A program made the translations under genes and the position numbers. This document shows positions 59,192 to 64,000 of a stretch of DNA of 64,000 bases, in pieces. The notes beneath the pieces were generated by a model. The model worked only from the letters and a program-made list of their open reading frames with translations. It was not told the DNA's origin and made no database searches. Origin of the DNA: an uncultured delta proteobacterium. GTDB lineage: Bacteria; Desulfobacterota; Binatia; UBA9968. Positions within the stretch are counted from its first letter, which is position 1. Every line of letters begins with the position of its first letter. Location of the stretch: positions 64,001 through 128,000 of the forward strand of contig CAWDPO010000010.1 of the NCBI GenBank assembly GCA_963804165.1. The letters are read 5' to 3'.

Positions 59192-60247
59192 CTAGAACAG
59201 ACTAAGCTGATCTTTCGCCACTCGCCGAAAGTGTTCCGTTGTCAGCTTCGGCCAACGCTTGGTGATTCCTGATTTCTTCTGCGCCAGCTGAAACAATTTT
59301 GCCATCTCCTCGGCGTAAATGCCCTCGCCGCGCATGCGCGTCTTGAAATTCGGATCGTTGAGCTTGCCGCCGCGGATCTCACGCACGCGATTAAGAATCT
59401 TTTGCTTCTTTTCCGGATAGTGTTGGCCAAGCCACTGCTCGAACAGTTCCTTTACGGCAAACGGCAAACGCAGAGCGACGTATCCGCAAAACGTTGCGCC
59501 GGCTTTCGCGGCCGCCAGAGCAATCGCGGGAGCTTCGGAATCCGTGAGACCCGGAATCATCGGTGCCTGCAGATAGCCGACCGGAACTCTGGCGTCCGCG
59601 AGTATCTGAATCGCGGCAAGCCGCCGCGCTGGCCGCGATGCGCGCGGCTCGAGCAACGAAGACAACTTATGGTCGAGCGTCGTCAACGAAAGCGCCACGC
59701 CGACGCAGTCGTAACGCGCCAATTCGGATAGGATATCTATGTCCCGCGTCACCAAATGGTTCTTGGTGATGATCACCACCGGATTGCGAAATTCGAGCAA
59801 AACTTCCAAGCAACGCCGCGTCAGCCGCTTTTGCTTTTCCACCGGCTGATAGCAATCGGTGTTGCCGCTGAGCGCGACGAGCTGCGGCTTCCAAGCGCGG
59901 CTTGCCAACTGTTTGCGCAACAGTTCCGGGGCGTCTTCCTTGACCATAATTTTGGTCTCGAAATCGAGGCCGGCGGAAAAACCGAGATACTCGTGCGTCG
60001 GTCGCGCATAGCAGTAGACACAACCATGCTCGCAACCTCGATAGGGATTGACACTGGCGTCGAAGCCGACATCGGGGCTGTCGTTATAGGCGATGATCGA
60101 TTTCGAACTATCGGCAAAGAATTGGGTCTGCGGCGAAGAGATCTCGTCGCCGTCCTGCGGCGGCAGGGCCACCCGCTCGACGGATTCGAAGCGGTTCTTT
60201 GGGTTAATTGACGAGCCGCGCCCACGCACAGGAGGCAGCGAGGTCAT
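59192..60247 (-). CDS. PA0069/Rv2578c family radical SAM protein (SplB-like)
   Basis: NPYRGCEHGCVYCYARPTH, SGNTDCYQP, LEPRA, QLSLF clamp-binding-like C-terminus. Confidence 0.9.
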   Translation of the reverse strand: MTSLPPVRGRGSSINPKNRFESVERVALPPQDGDEISSPQTQFFADSSKSIIAYNDSPDVGFDASVNPYRGCEHGCVYCYARPTHEYLGFSAGLDFETKIMVKEDAPELLRKQLASRAWKPQLVALSGNTDCYQPVEKQKRLTRRCLEVLLEFRNPVVIITKNHLVTRDIDILSELARYDCVGVALSLTTLDHKLSSLLEPRASRPARRLAAIQILADARVPVGYLQAPMIPGLTDSEAPAIALAAAKAGATFCGYVALRLPFAVKELFEQWLGQHYPEKKQKILNRVREIRGGKLNDPNFKTRMRGEGIYAEEMAKLFQLAQKKSGITKRWPKLTTEHFRRVAKDQLSLF

Positions 60248-60256
60248 ACGATAACC

Positions 60257-60649
60257 CTATGAAGCGGCGGGCGGAGTCTGCGCGGGAGCAGCAGGAGCGG
60301 CGGGTTTTGCCGCAGCTGCCGCAGCTGCCAACTTCGCGTCGTGCGCCAGATGGCGCGTCGCGCGCTTCATGAATTTGACCTTGCGTCGGAGCTTCTTGAT
60401 TTTCTTGCGATCACCGCTCGACGTTAGAAGTTCGACTTTCTGCTTCTGCAGCGCTCGTATGTCTTGTTTGACCGCGTGAATCGCGTTTATGTCCTTATGC
60501 GTCTCATCGTAAGTAATCCCCTGAGCCGCTGCGATCGCCTTTATCAGCTCCTCTTTTTCCAGAGCGATGACGTTTTTGAGATCGGTTTCCTGTTTGGCGA
60601 CATCGCGCAGCTTCGGCATCGGCAATTTTCTCAGTTCTTTCAATTCCAT
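60257..60649 (-). CDS. Small basic protein with Rho N-terminal-like domain
   Basis: ELRKLPMPKLRDVAK..KEELIKAI; Lys/Arg-rich coiled coil; Ala/Pro tail. Confidence 0.6.
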   Translation of the reverse strand: MELKELRKLPMPKLRDVAKQETDLKNVIALEKEELIKAIAAAQGITYDETHKDINAIHAVKQDIRALQKQKVELLTSSGDRKKIKKLRRKVKFMKRATRHLAHDAKLAAAAAAAKPAAPAAPAQTPPAAS

Positions 60650-60710
60650 CGTTTACACCCCCCCTTTGACAACTGAACTCCTGGTAGCATATTTACCCTG
60701 TAAAACCAAA

Positions 60711-61379
60711 ATGGCAACGACGCGCAAGCCTATCGCCAAAGCCGCGGCACCTTCGGCTCGGATAAAGAAAATTCTCACGCGGCTGGAAAAAGTTCATCCC
60801 GACGCCAAGCTCGATCTCGATTTCACCAACCCACTCGAACTACTGATCGCGCTCATTCTCGCCGCCCAGGCGCGCGACGATCTGGTCAATAAAGTTACTG
60901 TCGATTTGTTCAAGACGCATCGAACCGCCGCTGACTACGCGGCCATGTCGCCGGCGACACTCCAAAGCCAGATCGGCAAGATCAATTTCTATCGTAACAA
61001 AGCCAAATCGATTCACAATTGCTGCCGCGCTCTGGTCGAGCGTTTCGCTGGCAAGGTGCCGGACAATCTAGAAGATCTCGTGTCCTTGCCCGGTGTCGGA
61101 CGCAAGACGGCGAACATCGTCCTCGGTAACGCCTACGGCCGGCAAACGATCGGCGTCGACACCCATGTGATGCGTCTCTCGCAACGCCTTGGCTTCACAA
61201 AGAAAAACGACCCGGACAAAATCGAAGCCGACCTGATGACAATCGTTCCTAATAAGCAGCGCGTCCGTTTCTGCCATTTGATGCAGTATCATGGTCGTCG
61301 AGTGTGCGTCGCCAAGAAACCCAAATGTCCGCAGTGCACGATCAAAGGCCTCTGTCCGTTTCCGCAGAAGACAAAATAA
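60711..61379 (+). CDS. nth: Endonuclease III paralog
   Basis: LDFTNPLELLIA, LPGVGRKTANIV, VDTHV, CVAKKPKCPQC..LC. Confidence 0.92.
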   Translation: MATTRKPIAKAAAPSARIKKILTRLEKVHPDAKLDLDFTNPLELLIALILAAQARDDLVNKVTVDLFKTHRTAADYAAMSPATLQSQIGKINFYRNKAKSIHNCCRALVERFAGKVPDNLEDLVSLPGVGRKTANIVLGNAYGRQTIGVDTHVMRLSQRLGFTKKNDPDKIEADLMTIVPNKQRVRFCHLMQYHGRRVCVAKKPKCPQCTIKGLCPFPQKTK

Positions 61380-61394
61380 CTTCATGCATAACCG

Positions 61395-62339
61395 GTGAAG
61401 ATTCTAATCGTCGGCGCGGCCGGCAACCTCGGCTCCCATTTAGCGAAGTTTCTAATATCGACGCCGCACCGTTTGCGCTTGCTCACGACCGAGCGCGCGC
61501 TGCTATTCGACTTTCCCGAAGGTTCTAACCTAGAGATCGTTCACGGCGATCTCGCCGACCGAGCGTCGCTGCCAGACATTTGCGCGGGTATTAACTGCAT
61601 CGTTTACGTCGCGGGCGTTCTCTTCCGCCCACACCCGGAAAGGTTTCTCCGTCTGACGAATACAGTTTACGCTGAGAATATCGTCGATGCCGCTCTCGCG
61701 GCGCGGATGCAAAAATTTATCCTTGTGAGTTTTCCCCACGTCGAGGAACATACGACGCCGGACGCGCCGGCTAGGGGCCTACTTAACGTTCATCCCAAGT
61801 CGATCCATGCGCGCACTCGGCTCGAAGCTGAAAAGTATCTCTTTCGTGCGTGCCAAAGTCGCGGCATGACACCGATCGTGCTGCGCGCCGGAGTTATTTA
61901 CGGACGAAACGTGAAGGTCCTGGAAGCGGCACACTGGCTGATGAAGAAGCGTCTGATGGCGATCTGGCGCAAGCCGACATGGATTCACTTGCTCGCCCTG
62001 GCGGATTTCCTCAAGATCGTCGAAATCAGTATTGAGAAAGATCTATCCGGTATTTACACCATCTGCGACGATCAGCCTCTCTTGCTTCAAGAGTCTTTGG
62101 ATCGACTCGCCGTCCATTGGGGCTGCCCAAAGCCTTGGCACCTACCGGCTTTCTTGTTTTATGCAGCGGCGTTCGTCTGTGAAACTTTTGCGACGATATT
62201 CCGGACGCCTGCGCCGCTTACCCGTGATATGATTCGGATGGGTATGACTTCCGTGGTCGCCGACACGAGCCGCATGAAGCGAGAACTTGTACCGACACTT
62301 GTCTGCCCGACTCTCGTCGAGGGGTTAACAACGCTTTGA
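61395..62339 (+). CDS. NAD-dependent epimerase/dehydratase (extended SDR)
   Basis: ILIVGAAGNLG, HGDL, LRAGVIYG. Confidence 0.8.
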   Translation: MKILIVGAAGNLGSHLAKFLISTPHRLRLLTTERALLFDFPEGSNLEIVHGDLADRASLPDICAGINCIVYVAGVLFRPHPERFLRLTNTVYAENIVDAALAARMQKFILVSFPHVEEHTTPDAPARGLLNVHPKSIHARTRLEAEKYLFRACQSRGMTPIVLRAGVIYGRNVKVLEAAHWLMKKRLMAIWRKPTWIHLLALADFLKIVEISIEKDLSGIYTICDDQPLLLQESLDRLAVHWGCPKPWHLPAFLFYAAAFVCETFATIFRTPAPLTRDMIRMGMTSVVADTSRMKRELVPTLVCPTLVEGLTTL

Positions 62340-62462
62340 GCTCGCCGGGACCTGATCGGTTTGCGGGTCCATACCGAGATGGCAAGGAAAACTATAAGTT
62401 GTTTCTCGGCTGGGGCCGCAGTAGACTATTTGTTAATAATTTTAAGCCGACAACACTGATTC

Positions 62463-63218
62463 ATGACCAACCGCTTTGAGCCACCCGAACCGTCTCGCCT
62501 GCTGTGGGAAGCACGCGGATTAATTGAGCTACCGCGGCTGTTGCTCCGTTTCCCCGGTCTTGCGAGGCAGCCGCGCGGCCACGGCCGACCGGTGCTAATC
62601 CTGCCGGGTTACGGCGCCGGTGATGGCTCTACGGCGATATTGAAAAGCTATCTCCGCTTGCTCGGCTATCGAGCGCGTGGCTGGGGTCTGGGGCGCAATC
62701 GCGGTGCCGCATCCGAGTTGCTTCCACGCATATTGAAACGGGCGTTGTCCCTCGCCCGACGCACCAATCACAAAGTCAATCTCATCGGCTGGAGCTTCGG
62801 CGGCTATCTCGCGCGCGAGCTGGCGCGCGAGCGCGCGGACCTTATCGGCCAGGTCATTACCCTCGGCACCCCTGTCATCGGCGGTCCCAAATATACCGTG
62901 ATTGCCAAGTCGCTTCTCCTCCGCGGCATTGACATCGAGGCGATTGCCGCTGAGGTCGAAAAACGCAATAAGATCTCGCTCAACACCCCGGTAATCGCGA
63001 TTTATTCGCGCCGAGACGCGGTGGTCGCCTGGGAAGCCTGCATCGACCAGCATGCCGCCAATGTCGAGCATGTCGAGGTCCATACTACCCATCTCGGTTT
63101 TGGCTTTTCCCCCGAGGTCTATAAAATCATCGCACAACGTCTGGCTGCCGCCCACGAGGCCGTGGAGCAGCTGGCCCAACCCGAAAACGCGGTGATCGCA
63201 GTTGTTCCCCATGAGTGA
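62463..63218 (+). CDS. Alpha/beta hydrolase (lipase/esterase-like)
   Basis: PVLILPG, GWSFGG nucleophile elbow, DAVV, THLG. Confidence 0.85.
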   Translation: MTNRFEPPEPSRLLWEARGLIELPRLLLRFPGLARQPRGHGRPVLILPGYGAGDGSTAILKSYLRLLGYRARGWGLGRNRGAASELLPRILKRALSLARRTNHKVNLIGWSFGGYLARELARERADLIGQVITLGTPVIGGPKYTVIAKSLLLRGIDIEAIAAEVEKRNKISLNTPVIAIYSRRDAVVAWEACIDQHAANVEHVEVHTTHLGFGFSPEVYKIIAQRLAAAHEAVEQLAQPENAVIAVVPHE

Positions 63219-63265
63219 CAATCGAGACGCTCAATCCATTTTTCGCAACCTCTTCGTGCCCGCCG

Positions 63266-63754
63266 ATGGAATCTCCTCTAGTCTTCTGGCTCGTTGCATC
63301 GGTTCTGGTCTTGGCCGGCCTAGTTGGTCTTGTTTTACCGGCGATTCCCGGTGCACCGCTCATCTTCGCCGGCCTGCTGCTCGCGGCGTGGGCCGAGGGC
63401 TTTAAATACGTCGGAATTTGGACAATCGTCGCTCTTGCTGCGATTGCCTTGATTACCTTGGGCGTCGATCTTTGGGCCACGATGTTCGGCGCCAAAAAGT
63501 TTGGCGCTTCCAAGCGCGCGATCGTGGGTGCGCTCATCGGTGCGGTGATCGGCATCTTTCTGGGCTTGCCCGGCGTCGTCCTCGGCCCGTTTATCGGCGC
63601 CGTGGTCGGCGAGCTCTCAGCGCAACGCGATTTACGGCAAGCGACACGGTCCGGTATCGGTGCAACGATCGGCCTCGTGCTCGGCGCCGCGATCAAATTG
63701 GCGCTGGCTTTTACGATGATCGGTATCTTTCTGGCGACGCGTTTTTTCTCATGA
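63266..63754 (+). CDS. DUF456 family membrane protein
   Basis: GLVGLVLPAIPG, GAKKFGASK, GPFIGAVVGEL. Confidence 0.85.
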   Translation: MESPLVFWLVASVLVLAGLVGLVLPAIPGAPLIFAGLLLAAWAEGFKYVGIWTIVALAAIALITLGVDLWATMFGAKKFGASKRAIVGALIGAVIGIFLGLPGVVLGPFIGAVVGELSAQRDLRQATRSGIGATIGLVLGAAIKLALAFTMIGIFLATRFFS

Positions 63755-63854
63755 CCGGCGAGTGTTAGGTTAGGGCGAGCAAAAATGTACTCGCAAGGCA
63801 AGGCCGAAATCGGCCAAATTTATTTATGCACTCTGCTCAATCCGGAGGATCTAA

Positions 63855-64000
63855 ATGAGAACCATCACGGTTTTGCTTTTGACACTATTACTTTACGGCC
63901 ACTCGCAGGCATTGACCATCGCCACGGGTTCCGCCGAAGGGACTTATTTCAAGATCGCTCAGGACATCAAGCAGGTCGCTGAAAAAGAAGGTATCCCGAT
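63855..64000 (+). CDS. TAXI family TRAP solute-binding protein (3' truncated; absent from ORF track)
   Basis: GGAGG RBS; reads MRTITVLLLTLLLYGHSQA-LTIATGSAEGTYFKIAQDI, matching the TAXI IATG..GTY motif. Confidence 0.7.
   Translation, partial: MRTITVLLLTLLLYGHSQALTIATGSAEGTYFKIAQDIKQVAEKEGIP

Noticed and set aside
62463-63218. Alpha/beta hydrolase as a trans-acting thioesterase for the NRPS
   Set aside because: About 4 kb away behind unrelated genes, on the opposite strand, and lipase-like rather than TE-like

Overview
GC-rich bacterial chromosomal segment. The gene style (tandem NMT1/THI5-type binding proteins, amidohydrolase, intergenic palindromes) suggests a metagenome-assembled Candidatus Binatia/Deltaproteobacteria-like genome; this is inference. 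The window holds a housekeeping core (eno, ftsB, pcm, uvrA-like, PMM/PGM, pdxA, surA-like, mfd, two nth paralogs) and a hybrid iscS-iscA-sufB-nifS-rrf2 Fe-S operon with an IscR-type operator. It also has an MCE/Mla ABC operon, a molybdopterin oxidoreductase and a 12.5 kb NRPS-PKS cluster (A*-T / KS-AT-ACP / C-A[Asp]-MT-T-C-A[Gly]-T) with no release domain. The most unusual items are a Tat-signal ThDP enzyme paired with a monoheme cytochrome c, a TIR-TM-Ig-Ig receptor-like protein, a GcvH homolog lacking its lipoyl lysine, a PSD coupled to an Lgt-like protein, and a UvrA lacking its insertion domain. Frameshifts cluster at 7-9, 38-46 and 56-58 kb and look like long-read indel errors rather than true pseudogenes. 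No rRNA, tRNA, CRISPR or transposase was seen.
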